Positions 18,678 through 29,568 of a DNA stretch of 64,000 nucleotides are shown one piece after another. Below the pieces are notes generated by a model that did not search any database, was not told the DNA's origin, and saw only the letters and a program-made list of their open reading frames with translations. A program made the translations under genes and the position numbers. Positions within the stretch are counted from its first letter, which is position 1, and each line of letters starts with the position of its first letter. The stretch lies in the IMG/VR virus record IMGVR_UViG_3300025018_000102, positions 64,001 to 128,000 of that record; one strand, 5' to 3'. Origin of the DNA: a virus.

Positions 18678-20504
18678 CTAGACGATGCTAACTAGCGAGT
18701 TTCCGTCGCTGTCTCTTGCTATAGGGAGTTCATTCTCCAGCACTGAGATGTTGTTTGTTGGTGAGGATACTCTAATATCCAGAACTCCGTCAACCGTGAG
18801 GGCCCTGGAGACCATGTTGGAGATGATGACATCCTCCCCCAGCTTGCGAGAGGACACATAGGCCTCAATCTCTTGTTGGACCAAGGGCCTTAGGGTGTTC
18901 TCTACAAAGCCAGGCTTAGCAGAGATGGAGGCCGTAACCGAAATGCGGCGGATGGTGGGCGCCTCCACAGAGAGGAAGATTCCTCCAGCCTTGACGCCCG
19001 GATACACGTTCGCGTCGTCCTCGTCACCCTCCAGCACCTTCTGCACTTCGGCGATCAGATTGGTGTAGTATGAGTACTGAGCGAACACAATGGCTCCCCC
19101 AGCCACTCCGCTTGTGGAGGACATCTGCAGTTCACCAGTGCCCCGGTTGAGCACGTAATCCACTCCAGGAGTAAGTTCGCCGATTCCTCCGCCCCCATCC
19201 ACATAGACCCGTTCTGTTCCCCTTACGACCGGGTAGTTCTGTAGCCTGAAACGTCGCCGGCCGGCTTCTGCTGACGTCACAAGAACATCCACCAAGGAGA
19301 CCGTAGTGGAGTCGCTGTGGATGTTTGTTGTGCCCGAAGCCAGTAGGAGGCGATTTGTGGAGTCGTCTTTTGAGGTCACTTCCACAAGCTCTGCTGGACC
19401 TGACTCGATGAGGTATGTTCCGACGCTGGGAAGGTCGGACGTGTCGCTCATAGGCAGTTCGGTGACGCCAAGCAACGTAGCGCCTACAATGCTTGCGGAC
19501 GGCAGGCTTTGGGCCGAAGGAACAAGGCCTACCCCGTTGTCGATGTAGACAAGAACCTCGGCGTTGGCGAAGTCCTCCACAATGTTGGATGACACTGTGC
19601 GCTGACCTGTGGTAGGATCGGTGACACCCACAGAGTTGGACCGGATGGCCAGTGGGGTGCCTCGTGAGAGGGACTGTAACTGTTGGAGCCCTCGATCCAA
19701 GAAGTCGGCGTCGCTCTCTCGGTCTGTGCCAGGAGTGGCCTCTTTCAGGTTGGTAACTCCCGCAGACTGGAACGGTTTCGCACCTGAAAACTGAGACACC
19801 TTACCCCTACCTACATTTGCAGAGGAGCCAGACACCGTAGCCCTGGCGAACACTTCATTGCTGAAGAAGTTGCCTGGAGCGATGAACGCGGCTGTGGTGG
19901 TGGAGAAGATGCGGGAAGCCTCGGTCACCGTGGCCGGAGCATTCACCATAGTGTTCCGCCCAATGGAGCGGGCGACGGCCCCTGTGAGCAGGTTCACTCG
20001 GTCGCCCACAACAAGGTCGTTGGCCACAGGAGCACTCAGTGTCAAGGTTCTAGCAGCGGTGTTGTGTGCGGTGACAACAACGTCTTGAAGCCTTGTTGTC
20101 CCTTCACCTATTCGGACAGTGTAAGGGAATCCGGACGTAGGGAACCCCGAACTGTTGAACAGTTCGATGCTTGTGGCACCACTGGCCACATCGGTTGCGA
20201 GGCGATTCGTAATGATGGACGTGTCATAGAACCTAACAGGAACGAGAGCCTTCGTTGCACGGAGCCGAACGAGGCCGTAGTCGGCCATTCGCCGGTCCAG
20301 TTTGTTGCCTTTGGCGTTCAAGATGGAGAACGCGGCAAGGAGCTGGGTCATCTGGAAGTACTGCTCATCGTCCTCGTAGGCAGCCGCTTCTAGGATGGAG
20401 CGCACCATCGAGCCCACGGTGAAGTCGCTTAGTGTGCTGTTTGCGCGTACATAAGCGATCATATCCTCTAGGATGATGGGAAAAGATCTAGGAGAGAAGC
20501 TCAT
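18678..20504 (-). CDS. Baseplate J-like wedge protein
   Basis: DFTVGSMVRSILEA, AKGNKLDR, GTDRESDADF, LSRGTP and KLGEDVI motifs. Confidence 0.9.
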   Translation of the reverse strand: MSFSPRSFPIILEDMIAYVRANSTLSDFTVGSMVRSILEAAAYEDDEQYFQMTQLLAAFSILNAKGNKLDRRMADYGLVRLRATKALVPVRFYDTSIITNRLATDVASGATSIELFNSSGFPTSGFPYTVRIGEGTTRLQDVVVTAHNTAARTLTLSAPVANDLVVGDRVNLLTGAVARSIGRNTMVNAPATVTEASRIFSTTTAAFIAPGNFFSNEVFARATVSGSSANVGRGKVSQFSGAKPFQSAGVTNLKEATPGTDRESDADFLDRGLQQLQSLSRGTPLAIRSNSVGVTDPTTGQRTVSSNIVEDFANAEVLVYIDNGVGLVPSAQSLPSASIVGATLLGVTELPMSDTSDLPSVGTYLIESGPAELVEVTSKDDSTNRLLLASGTTNIHSDSTTVSLVDVLVTSAEAGRRRFRLQNYPVVRGTERVYVDGGGGIGELTPGVDYVLNRGTGELQMSSTSGVAGGAIVFAQYSYYTNLIAEVQKVLEGDEDDANVYPGVKAGGIFLSVEAPTIRRISVTASISAKPGFVENTLRPLVQQEIEAYVSSRKLGEDVIISNMVSRALTVDGVLDIRVSSPTNNISVLENELPIARDSDGNSLVSIV

Positions 20505-22331
20505 TTAGAACCTACGCAGTGCAAAGTTTGTAGAAACATAGTCGTTAGTCTTGTTTAGCTTGACGGTAGCTTCCATAATGAGAGCATCACCGTCAGTGTA
20601 GAATCTGAGATAAGACACTTCACTGATACGCGGGTCAGACTTCAGAGTTGCTACAACGTTCAAACGGAAAGTGTTGAATGCCGATGGGTCTGCCTTAGTG
20701 CCAATAGCGAACTTCGCCCCAAACCTAGGATGCATGAGAAGGGTGCCTTGCTCTGTGATGAACTTGATCTTTATCGCCTGCTCAACGTTTGCTGTGCCTA
20801 CAATGGAGCCAAGGTCCCCGTTCTGGTCCACCGCGAAGTCAGTCAGCTCTCCGTCCGAGGAGGTTACCAGCCGAATGTCACGACCAAACGCCTGTGTAGC
20901 CACTTCACCCACAGCACTCTTACTGAAGTTGGTGTCGAGCTGATTGCCGGACGGGTTCACTGGTGACAGTGTGGATGGGTCGGACCCATCGGCCTCCACT
21001 GGGTACAGAAAGGTGTCTCCAGGAGCCAGAACCCCAGGAACCAAAGTGGCGCTGTCGCTCACGTAAGGAGAGGACAACCCGTTCAAGAGGGCGATCTCGT
21101 GCCACCGGCTTGAGGATCCTAAGAGCCGTAGGGCGATGTTGCCGATGGTCTCTCCGCGGTGTACTGTGCCTTCCCGAACTCGGGTCGGGAGGTTGCGACG
21201 ACCGGCTTGTGTTTCTCGGCGCCCGAGAGTAGGGTCCGTGAAGGCGTTCAGCAGCCCGGATCCCGCCACGCCCGCGACCGTGCCCTTAGCGAAGTTCTCG
21301 CTTCGCATACGTGCAAAGGTCCTAACGAGCACTCGAAAAGCTCGCACGATCTCACTGCGTGTCGCCACAGTGCCGCCTAGGTCGGGCTCGAGGGATGCCT
21401 GCAGCACCTCGACGGCCTCAAGCACTCGGGCCTCTCCCTCGATGATAGCTGTCCTCAACCCCTTCACCACTCCAGTGGAAGCGTTGTTAATGGCCGCAAG
21501 GCCCTTTAGTACCGAGATAACAGGCCCTGTGACAAGATCGATTGTAGTGTAACCGGCCGCCTTGATTCTGTTTATGTTTGTAGCTATTACCATAAAAGAA
21601 CTGCTCAGGGCCTGCTGGTACCCCTGCACACGAGCGCTCAGTGCGGAGATGGTCTCCGTGATGCTCAGTGGGTCGTTAGGAATGTTGAGAGTGGCTGAGA
21701 AAGGGCTGATGCCCTTGAAGCTCATGCTGTACTTGTACGTCATGGGACTGGACTTGTCCCGGTTGAGCTTGAACTCAGTTGGCTCAACGACCCAATAGTC
21801 GTCGTCCTTGGCGTTTCGCCAGATCATGATGACCTTGCGGCCTAAATGCTTCAGATCACTGTACAGGCGGAAGATGTTCCGCATGAAATGAATGTCGTCG
21901 ATGCCCGTCACTTCCTTCTCGTCGAGCGTGGCTCGAAGGGCGCCTGGGTCAATCAGGGTCTCAAAGGACGAGGTGTTCAGTAGTGGGATCTCGTTCGGAA
22001 GGCCCTTACGAGGCCGAAGTCCTGTCGTGCCCTGGACCGAGATCATCTTGTAGATGGACCCATGGGACTCCACAAACTTGCCGCCGTTCTGGGTAGAGAC
22101 GACCTTTGTAGTAAATGGCTCTGTGACCTCAATGGACTGAGGGCTTATCGTAAAGAAGTACTCGGCGGTGGGGCGCTGTCCTGCTGGGTCAAGCCGCCCA
22201 TCCCCAATCACCTCCTGAGTTTTCAGATCCCACAGAAAGAAACTGTAGTACTTCTGAAGTTCGGCGTAGTTGGTGACCTTGCCCTTCTCGCGAATAGGCT
22301 TTGTTATGGTATCTGAGAAAGCGGAGGCCAT
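20505..22331 (-). CDS. Baseplate protein with LysM domain and C-terminal gp25/gpW-like domain
   Basis: LysM: VHRGETIGNIALRLLGSSSRWHEIALLNGL. C-terminus: NVEQAI...TEQGTL.MHPRFG...DPRI. Confidence 0.8.
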   Translation of the reverse strand: MASAFSDTITKPIREKGKVTNYAELQKYYSFFLWDLKTQEVIGDGRLDPAGQRPTAEYFFTISPQSIEVTEPFTTKVVSTQNGGKFVESHGSIYKMISVQGTTGLRPRKGLPNEIPLLNTSSFETLIDPGALRATLDEKEVTGIDDIHFMRNIFRLYSDLKHLGRKVIMIWRNAKDDDYWVVEPTEFKLNRDKSSPMTYKYSMSFKGISPFSATLNIPNDPLSITETISALSARVQGYQQALSSSFMVIATNINRIKAAGYTTIDLVTGPVISVLKGLAAINNASTGVVKGLRTAIIEGEARVLEAVEVLQASLEPDLGGTVATRSEIVRAFRVLVRTFARMRSENFAKGTVAGVAGSGLLNAFTDPTLGRRETQAGRRNLPTRVREGTVHRGETIGNIALRLLGSSSRWHEIALLNGLSSPYVSDSATLVPGVLAPGDTFLYPVEADGSDPSTLSPVNPSGNQLDTNFSKSAVGEVATQAFGRDIRLVTSSDGELTDFAVDQNGDLGSIVGTANVEQAIKIKFITEQGTLLMHPRFGAKFAIGTKADPSAFNTFRLNVVATLKSDPRISEVSYLRFYTDGDALIMEATVKLNKTNDYVSTNFALRRF

Positions 22332-22332
22332 A

Positions 22333-22785
22333 CTAAGTCCAAGGAAGGGTGGTGAAGGGTGTGGCGATGAGAGTTGTACTGCCCGTACGCGCCCAGGTGT
22401 CTATGGCGATGGAGAATGCTGCAGTGGCTGTTTCGTGCGTTGCGGCCGTAGACCCAAACAGAGTTGCGAAGCCCACGTTTCCTGGGGGAGGCACAGACAC
22501 ATATGTGCCGGTAGAAACGATCTGGAGGGACACCTGAAGGGCCGTGGTCCTGAACGCGGTCTCCATTGGCTCAATAGCAGCCCCCGACTCAAACGCAGCC
22601 TGGAGAGCGCTGCGTAGGAAAGTGTTCGAAAAAGACAAGTCAGGGACTGTGGAGAGCTGCAGCATTCCGGAGAGGTAGTTGGTGGTCGCGTCCGCCCAAG
22701 CAGCAGCGCAGCCCTCAAAGGAATCCGGAGGATCCCGGAAGAGGGAGAGTAGGTCAGTCTGTAGTTGGGCGGGGTTTAGCGGCAC
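22333..22785 (-). CDS. Hypothetical baseplate-region protein
   Basis: 150-aa ORF tightly coupled to both neighbours. Confidence 0.7.
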   Translation of the reverse strand: MPLNPAQLQTDLLSLFRDPPDSFEGCAAAWADATTNYLSGMLQLSTVPDLSFSNTFLRSALQAAFESGAAIEPMETAFRTTALQVSLQIVSTGTYVSVPPPGNVGFATLFGSTAATHETATAAFSIAIDTWARTGSTTLIATPFTTLPWT

Positions 22786-23921
22786 TATTCAACAATCGTC
22801 TTTGTGCTAAGGACGGCCGCCACGAAGCGGTCTATGTCCACTTGATTGATTTTTGCGGGACCTGTTGCGGTGAGAACAGTCAGTTCTCCTAGGAAAGTGT
22901 GGAGGTCTCCGCCTCTTGGTATGCCTTGACCTGCTTGAGCGTTCTTCCCGAGCTTGATGCCTGCAGACTCTAATTCTACCAGATTTGTGGCCTCTATGAC
23001 AGCCTCATCCTTTGACTTGACCTTGAACGTCCTTGGGACCTGAATAGACACGGTATTTTGGTCTGTGAACAGGTAGGACTTCTCGTAGGTCTGGTTGCCT
23101 CCGGCCTGTGTTGGCTTTGGGTTAGATTGAGGTATTTGAGCCTCAACACCTCCAAGAATGCCTTTTCCTTCGTCAATCTTGTCCCATACAAGCTCCAGAG
23201 ACTGAGAGGTCTTGGGGTTGATTAGGATTGAGCCCCCGTTGTCTGGGTCCTCTGTCCGGCCCCAACGGCCCTCTGTGGGCCCATCCTCGCCGAACTTCAG
23301 TTTGGAGTTGGCGAAACGGGTGGACAGGTACAAGCTGCCCTGCTTGGTGACGACGAACTCAACGCCGTTCAGGCGAGTGAGGGCACGACCACCCTGCTTG
23401 AGGGCTCTGGGAGATCCTCCGTCTGTGGGGTACGCGTTGCCAGTAGTTTGTGGGTCGTAGAAGTTCTTTGGGTGGGGCCACCAACTGCTAATGTAAGGGG
23501 CATCTAGGCTGCCTCCCAGAAAGGACACCACGCACCAATCCCCGTCCAACTCGTTTGGGTCAGTCTCGGATAGCGAGGACCTCAACTCAGCCCCAGTGGT
23601 CACGTTGGACGTAGGGCGAGGGAGCCATTCACAGTAGTCGTCTAGGCCCGAGGGATGCTGCGGAGGAATGACCACGTTACTCAGGACCATGGAGGCAGCG
23701 GAGTTGGCCTCTACGATTAGGACAGAGCAAGTGTGAGCAGACCCGTGAGCATCACTTACTCGGGTAGAATAGATGTTCTTAGGGTCGTCAGATGGAGTGA
23801 CAGTAAGCACCACGCCCAAAAGAGACCCACGCATCCTATAGTGGCCATAGTCTTGTCCAGAAAGAGAAAGCCCTGCTTGAATGGGCGTACGATTGGGAGA
23901 TATGTTGAAGCGGCTACTCAT
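22785..23921 (-). CDS. Baseplate central spike (gpV/gp5 OB-fold-like)
   Basis: GDWCVVSFLGGSLDAPYI OB-fold signature and a beta-repeat C-terminus. The start at 23921 overlaps the upstream stop (ATGAGTAG). Confidence 0.7.
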   Translation of the reverse strand: MSSRFNISPNRTPIQAGLSLSGQDYGHYRMRGSLLGVVLTVTPSDDPKNIYSTRVSDAHGSAHTCSVLIVEANSAASMVLSNVVIPPQHPSGLDDYCEWLPRPTSNVTTGAELRSSLSETDPNELDGDWCVVSFLGGSLDAPYISSWWPHPKNFYDPQTTGNAYPTDGGSPRALKQGGRALTRLNGVEFVVTKQGSLYLSTRFANSKLKFGEDGPTEGRWGRTEDPDNGGSILINPKTSQSLELVWDKIDEGKGILGGVEAQIPQSNPKPTQAGGNQTYEKSYLFTDQNTVSIQVPRTFKVKSKDEAVIEATNLVELESAGIKLGKNAQAGQGIPRGGDLHTFLGELTVLTATGPAKINQVDIDRFVAAVLSTKTIVE

Positions 23922-26900
23922 CTGGCAACTCCGAGAGGACATCCACCTCAGTGCCCGTGATGACTACCTCGCCCTCACCTGCGTTCACAAGCCCCAGTTC
24001 TGCATCGATCTGAGCCAGGAGGTTCGCTGTGCGCTCAGTGCTTCCTGCCCCGTAGTCGGGAGTGCCTTGGGTGTCAGCCGGAGTGAGGCCAGGGGACTCC
24101 CCTCCAGGCTCGTAGTCCGCTTCAAGTTCGGAGAAGTCGTATGGGGCTTCGCCCCAGTTGGCCGGATTGTCCAACTCGTTGGTGATTCCACGTCCGTCAA
24201 GTGTTGCCATTGTGTTGGCATCTCGACGATCTCGGAAAGTAATGCCGTTACGCACAGCCACAGGATCCGGAACATTGAAGTACTGCGCCAACCGTGAGCC
24301 TTCCTTGCGCGAGTTCTCTGCCCCAGGGAAGCCTGGAGTGGCTGGGAGGGCGTAGGCTGGGAACGGGTTGTTCGGCTGCCCTCGAGTCACTGTGAGGGAA
24401 GTAGTCATTGTGTCTGGGTACTGATAAGTGTGATTTACGTTCTCTACGTAAAATGACAGATTCCGTTCAAGGATGTCGAGCCGATACCCGACTCGGATCT
24501 CTGGGGCGGGGCGAGTCACTATGGACCCGTTCAGGTATTCCACGTTGTGCTGGAACCAGTGGTCTTGCAGAAGGCACCAACGGCCTAACTGCTTTCGCTG
24601 GTCCATGACAGTGACTGGGCGAAGGGGCGTTGGTGCAGTTGCCGCCTCAAACTCATCGATCTCGTCTGGCTCGACCTCCTCTGTGTTCGCGGAGCGTGCA
24701 AGGTCTTCGTCTTCATGAGGGCCCTCCCCGCCTCCTTCCTCAAAGTCGACTTCAGTGACCTCTGGGGGCGTAGTTCCTGCTCTAGAGGCCTCTTTGATCA
24801 GTACTCGAAGCGGCTTGTCTGCGTACTCGGCAAACCAGGCCTCTGGGTCTTGGGAGTAGATGGAGCCTGGGTCTGGAGGCCTAACGTCTCGTGGGCTAAC
24901 CGAGTCAGCCACAAGTCTACGTTTGGCAGGGGTGGTCGCAGCGGCCGCAGCAGCGGCCCTATTGGCCTCAGCGTAGTAGACGTCGGGGTTGTACTTGGAC
25001 GGGATCCTTGAAGTGATCTCGAAGTGAAGATGAGGAAGAGGCGCACTAAACTCACGGCGAGGCTTTGCCCTTGAGCCGTAAGTCTTGCCCATGTAACCAA
25101 GGATTTCTCCCTTACGCACGTACACAGGGCTGTAGGCTGGATTGGCGTAAGGGGACACGCCTTCTGCCACGTACTGTCCAGAGCGAAGAGTAGAGGTGTT
25201 GGTTGCTTCCCACTTGGACTCAATGGAACTTAGATGGGCGTAGAAGCTGATGAGTTTTCGGTCACCCTCAGAGAACTGGGGGTGATGCACGCCTACACAG
25301 TTTCCATAGCCGTCGATAGCCCCAGATGGAGCGGCACACACAACGTAGCCGTCCGCGATGGCGTAGATTGGGATGGTCTCACCAGAGGTTGGTCCTGGTG
25401 GGATGTACTCATCGCTCGTGCGTGATCCTGTCCGCGCAAGAGGACCAATGTCCACTCCGTTGTGAAAGTGCCAAAACTCTCCTGAGTTAGCGTTGCGATA
25501 ACGGTACTCACTCGTGAGGAAGTTCGACACGGCCTCGATGCCAGTACCCCTGCCCACGGGAGAGCCTACTTCCATAGAGAAGGTGCCTTCTCCTATGGCC
25601 TGTGTCTCGTTAGGAGAGGTAGTGACCGTGCCAGTTCCAATGTAGAACCGGGCGAAGCGGGTGCGCACCTCACGCACTCGAAGGCCGAATCGGGCGATGT
25701 GGATGGGAGTGATGACGGGAATGAAGTCCCGCATGAAGTACTGTGCGTCTGAGCCTAAGTACACGTCAGACGTCATGCCAAACAAGTTGAACACGTCCTC
25801 GTCGCTGCGACCGAGCCGAGTAGCCCGAATCTCCTTCTCGGACAGGACTGCGACGTCCATGATCTTGTAGCCCTTGGAGGGCCCTACTGCATCACGGTTG
25901 TCCGCAACGTTCATGTTTGGGACTTCGACAATGTGCCGCCCAGGGACGTTGGGCTTGTTGGAGAAGATCGCTCCAACAGGAATATAGTTCAGCGCCTCTG
26001 CGCCTTCGCCGTCTCCCTTGATTGATGTTCCGTCGATCGACTGGATTGTGCCATAGGGGTACTCCCGCATCACAACGGATGGCATGTACCGGACTCCGTT
26101 GGTAGGTACGCCATCGCTGGCTACGTTACCGAATATGTCGTCAGGATCTCGGTCCCACTCCGTGCCCTCAAACGGGACGCCGCCAAGTGACATAGGGCGT
26201 AGGTCAAACATCAACTCGTTGATGACTTCGTTGGACACAGACCTGACGATGGAGATGAGAGGGCCCTGTTGTTGCCACATGCCCATCTCAACTGCGTACC
26301 CGTCGATGGCCTCACGCTCTACAAAGTCTGATAGGTTGACGATGTCGAGTAGGCTCTTCAACTCAGTAGGCTCTGTTCTACGCGCATACTCGACAAGGTT
26401 AGTTCTTACACGTACTAGGAGCTGCTCGTCGCCTGCATCTATTTCTCCCAGTTGTGAACGAAGTGCTTCTTGGATCTGTTCCCGGCTTATGGCAGAGTCT
26501 AGGTCGTCTACGCCATTCGAAGGCTGCAGGTTGTCTAGAAGGCTCTCGAGGCTGTTCTGTTGCTCGGGATTCAGAGCACCGCGTAGGTCAGCGAGAAGCT
26601 TGGTCTTGGCGACCGAGTTACGGATGGCGGTGAGCCGGTCGTCCTCGTTGACTGGGTGAGCCCTTGGTAGGATCCACTGCGACCCAAAGCCCAACTGAAG
26701 GACGAGGGCGCTGGTGACGCAGTCGCTTGGGCTTCCGCTGATCTGCAGGCCTCGGCTGATCATGGAGAGTCCACCAATGTTGAAGGTGGAGTAGTCCTCC
26801 CCGCCCACATCCCTACGCCGCACAAGGTGCGGATTGAAGTAGACGTGCGTCTTCTCTACAGCCTTTTGCCAGTCGGAAGCAATGATGTGGTAGGCGGTTC

Positions 26901-27246
26901 CTGGGCCCCCCTCTTCATCTACTGCGTAGTCCTCCTCCACACGATCGACAAATCCAAAGAACGTGCGAATCCACCCCTCCCCGTCCTTGATGTCAAAGTA
27001 AACATTGATCACATCCCCCGGACGTATGAGGTTCATGAAGTTCTTGGAGGCAGTTAGCGCAAGGTTAGCTTTACCCTCGGCCTTTATGGACTTAGACAAC
27101 TGGCAACTAAACACATCATCGCTGATGTCGAAAGCCTCAAAGTCAGTAGTGTGGCTGTGTACTACAACTTTGATGCTGACCTTGTACCGCCTTATGTCAT
27201 CTACGTCCTTGTTATCAAAGGGCGCATTCTCTGAAAGGGCACCCAT
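23914..27246 (-). CDS. Baseplate hub protein with inserted M23 peptidase (virion-associated lysin)
   Basis: Hub-like N- and C-termini (RPAPEIRVGYRL...FYVENVNH). M23 motifs are HNGVD, IYAIADG, YGN, YAHL and PHLHFE. Confidence 0.85.
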   Translation of the reverse strand: MGALSENAPFDNKDVDDIRRYKVSIKVVVHSHTTDFEAFDISDDVFSCQLSKSIKAEGKANLALTASKNFMNLIRPGDVINVYFDIKDGEGWIRTFFGFVDRVEEDYAVDEEGGPGTAYHIIASDWQKAVEKTHVYFNPHLVRRRDVGGEDYSTFNIGGLSMISRGLQISGSPSDCVTSALVLQLGFGSQWILPRAHPVNEDDRLTAIRNSVAKTKLLADLRGALNPEQQNSLESLLDNLQPSNGVDDLDSAISREQIQEALRSQLGEIDAGDEQLLVRVRTNLVEYARRTEPTELKSLLDIVNLSDFVEREAIDGYAVEMGMWQQQGPLISIVRSVSNEVINELMFDLRPMSLGGVPFEGTEWDRDPDDIFGNVASDGVPTNGVRYMPSVVMREYPYGTIQSIDGTSIKGDGEGAEALNYIPVGAIFSNKPNVPGRHIVEVPNMNVADNRDAVGPSKGYKIMDVAVLSEKEIRATRLGRSDEDVFNLFGMTSDVYLGSDAQYFMRDFIPVITPIHIARFGLRVREVRTRFARFYIGTGTVTTSPNETQAIGEGTFSMEVGSPVGRGTGIEAVSNFLTSEYRYRNANSGEFWHFHNGVDIGPLARTGSRTSDEYIPPGPTSGETIPIYAIADGYVVCAAPSGAIDGYGNCVGVHHPQFSEGDRKLISFYAHLSSIESKWEATNTSTLRSGQYVAEGVSPYANPAYSPVYVRKGEILGYMGKTYGSRAKPRREFSAPLPHLHFEITSRIPSKYNPDVYYAEANRAAAAAAATTPAKRRLVADSVSPRDVRPPDPGSIYSQDPEAWFAEYADKPLRVLIKEASRAGTTPPEVTEVDFEEGGGEGPHEDEDLARSANTEEVEPDEIDEFEAATAPTPLRPVTVMDQRKQLGRWCLLQDHWFQHNVEYLNGSIVTRPAPEIRVGYRLDILERNLSFYVENVNHTYQYPDTMTTSLTVTRGQPNNPFPAYALPATPGFPGAENSRKEGSRLAQYFNVPDPVAVRNGITFRDRRDANTMATLDGRGITNELDNPANWGEAPYDFSELEADYEPGGESPGLTPADTQGTPDYGAGSTERTANLLAQIDAELGLVNAGEGEVVITGTEVDVLSELPDE

Positions 27247-29561
27247 CAGTTCACGCTGCCTGTAGGCCCGGCTGTGTCAGCAATAGCCGAGATGCGGGCT
27301 CGGAATGCGGTGGTATCTTCGGACGATCCGTCAAGGGCGTCATGGACATCAAAGTTCTGCCACTCCGATGAGCCGCGCATTTGAGCCCGTTGCACGTGTG
27401 ACAGCGACAGGCCTAGTTGCTCCATCACAGCGGTCATCTGAAGTTCTCGGTAGTTGTTTAGCATGGATCGGTGGCCAAGGTTTTCCGCGGGGTTGAAGTT
27501 GCCCCCCATGCCCCTAATGTCGTTCCTGAGGATATCACGAGTTGCGAGCCCGTTGGCTCTCTCATAGCTCACGCCGCGGTCGTTGATGTAGGAGGATATT
27601 CGTCGGGCTCGATCGGCGCCCGCGCTTGCCATATCCATCGCGCGGTCCAAGTTCACTTGGCCCGTTACACCTCCTGAGATATCCAGTCCGTGGTTTCTAA
27701 ACTGGTTCAATATGCGGGTCCCGGCGTGGCGATTCCTAAGCGCGTCACTGCGAGTGCCCATTTCCTCCGCCAGTTCTGCGAGCCGTGCCGCTTTGTCTGC
27801 ATCGGACATGTTGCTGTTCTCTACATCCGATGCCTGCTGCATAAGAGCCTTCACCTGATCACGTGCCTCACCTCCCTCCATCATCTGAATAGACAGGCTA
27901 TCTACGGATTCCCATATGCCCTTGAGCAGGGACACCATGGCCTCAAATGCCTTGAGAGCCAAAGGCATCAGAGCGTCAACCAGGTTGTTCCTCAGGTCCT
28001 GAAGTTCCTCTACTGCCTTGGCCGAGGACTTACCAATCTCCACCATACGATCATCGAGCGTCGCAGTTCTCTTTGCGATCTCCAGGTTGGAGTTGGCGAT
28101 TTGTTGGTCGACAGGAAGGGACTCCTTCATGATCTCTGCGAGCTTTTCTCGCATGTCCCCGCCACCAGCGTCGATAGCTTCGTAGAGTGCAGTGGCCTGG
28201 TCCATAGATACCGCGCCATTGGTCATCGTTGAGAGGGCGAGGTCTCTTGCGTTGGAGTTGCCCCCGCCTTGACCTCGGGCACCTTCCATCATCGCCATGA
28301 GGTTGTCCACGTTGCCGTGCACGCCTCGTTGGGCTTGGCGAGTGATGTCAAAGAAGTCCGTGCCTGGAGCGCCGGAGCCAAAGCCCCGCATCTGGTAGAA
28401 CAGTGCCTTATTGGCCTCTGCGCTTGAGCCCACTTGGCCAAATCCCTTCACGGCACTGTCAATGCCGTTCATGACTCCTAGGCCCCGCATGCCTTGGAGC
28501 GCGGGGTTGCCACTACGGCCCAGAAGGGCCATGAGGCCTGTGACGGCACCTGAGTTGACCTTGCCACCAGACACGGAGGCTGCCGAGGCAATCGCTGCGC
28601 CCATAGCGGACATGGCCTCACCCGCTCGAGAGCGGTCCATGCCCGACTGCATGGCATGGGACATTGTGCGCTGGAACTCACGCTTCCCAGCAGCTCCCTG
28701 CTTGTCGCCTCCTGCGGCGGTAAGGCTGCCCATGAAGCCAGTGACTTGCCCCACATCGCCACCGTACTGACGAGCCACGTTCTGAGCCATCTGGGTGCGG
28801 CGCAAAAGCCCCCGTCCGCCTCCAGTGGCCGCAGCCATGCCAGACATCTGCCCAAGAGTCTCAGTGGAACTGAAGCCCAGGGCCTGCGAGCGCCCAAAGC
28901 CCTGCAAACTGTACATGTCCTGTGAGTCATTGCGGCCCGTGATCTTGTTCAATGTGGTGAGATCTCGAGAGCCCTTCTTGAAGGCCATGGCGTTGTAGCC
29001 AGTGCCCGAAAGCCGGCCCGCAGCTCGACCGTAGCCCACGTAGGCTCCATAGCCTCCTCGGATGTCACTGGTAACCGCGTGCCCCACGGCCTCGGCGGCG
29101 CCACGGGCCAACCCACCGATGCCTCCGAGCAATCCCAAGCCCATGCGCCCAAGGCCGCCTGCGAGGCCGCCTATGCCCCTTCCCACGGCGCCCATGCGCT
29201 CTCGGGCGGACATGACTCCAGTGCCCCTACGTCCCTTCTGAGTGGCGATGTAGAGGGACTGGGTCTTTCTCAGTTCAGCATTGGTGGCCTTGATGAGTTC
29301 AAGGTCTTTCTTTCGAGCTTTGGCCTGGTTGTTCAGGATGTCCAGCTGGGACTTCATCAAGTCCTTGAGATCTTTCTCCTGCTTAAGGGCATCCTTGCCC
29401 TGCTTCTTAGCGTCCTTGTTTAGGGCCTTGTTGACCTTGCCCATTGTGCCGAACGTACTCTGCTGCAACTTCTTTGGCAGAGAAGCCGCCTCCTTCATAG
29501 CTCGTTTGAACTCGGAGGTATCAGCAGATACGTTTACTTTAATGTCTTTGTCGTCGGCCAT
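27246..29561 (-). CDS. Tape measure protein
   Basis: A/G/M-rich helical 771-aa protein between the chaperones and the hub. Confidence 0.85.
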   Translation of the reverse strand: MADDKDIKVNVSADTSEFKRAMKEAASLPKKLQQSTFGTMGKVNKALNKDAKKQGKDALKQEKDLKDLMKSQLDILNNQAKARKKDLELIKATNAELRKTQSLYIATQKGRRGTGVMSARERMGAVGRGIGGLAGGLGRMGLGLLGGIGGLARGAAEAVGHAVTSDIRGGYGAYVGYGRAAGRLSGTGYNAMAFKKGSRDLTTLNKITGRNDSQDMYSLQGFGRSQALGFSSTETLGQMSGMAAATGGGRGLLRRTQMAQNVARQYGGDVGQVTGFMGSLTAAGGDKQGAAGKREFQRTMSHAMQSGMDRSRAGEAMSAMGAAIASAASVSGGKVNSGAVTGLMALLGRSGNPALQGMRGLGVMNGIDSAVKGFGQVGSSAEANKALFYQMRGFGSGAPGTDFFDITRQAQRGVHGNVDNLMAMMEGARGQGGGNSNARDLALSTMTNGAVSMDQATALYEAIDAGGGDMREKLAEIMKESLPVDQQIANSNLEIAKRTATLDDRMVEIGKSSAKAVEELQDLRNNLVDALMPLALKAFEAMVSLLKGIWESVDSLSIQMMEGGEARDQVKALMQQASDVENSNMSDADKAARLAELAEEMGTRSDALRNRHAGTRILNQFRNHGLDISGGVTGQVNLDRAMDMASAGADRARRISSYINDRGVSYERANGLATRDILRNDIRGMGGNFNPAENLGHRSMLNNYRELQMTAVMEQLGLSLSHVQRAQMRGSSEWQNFDVHDALDGSSEDTTAFRARISAIADTAGPTGSVN

Positions 29562-29568
29562 TTGTTAC

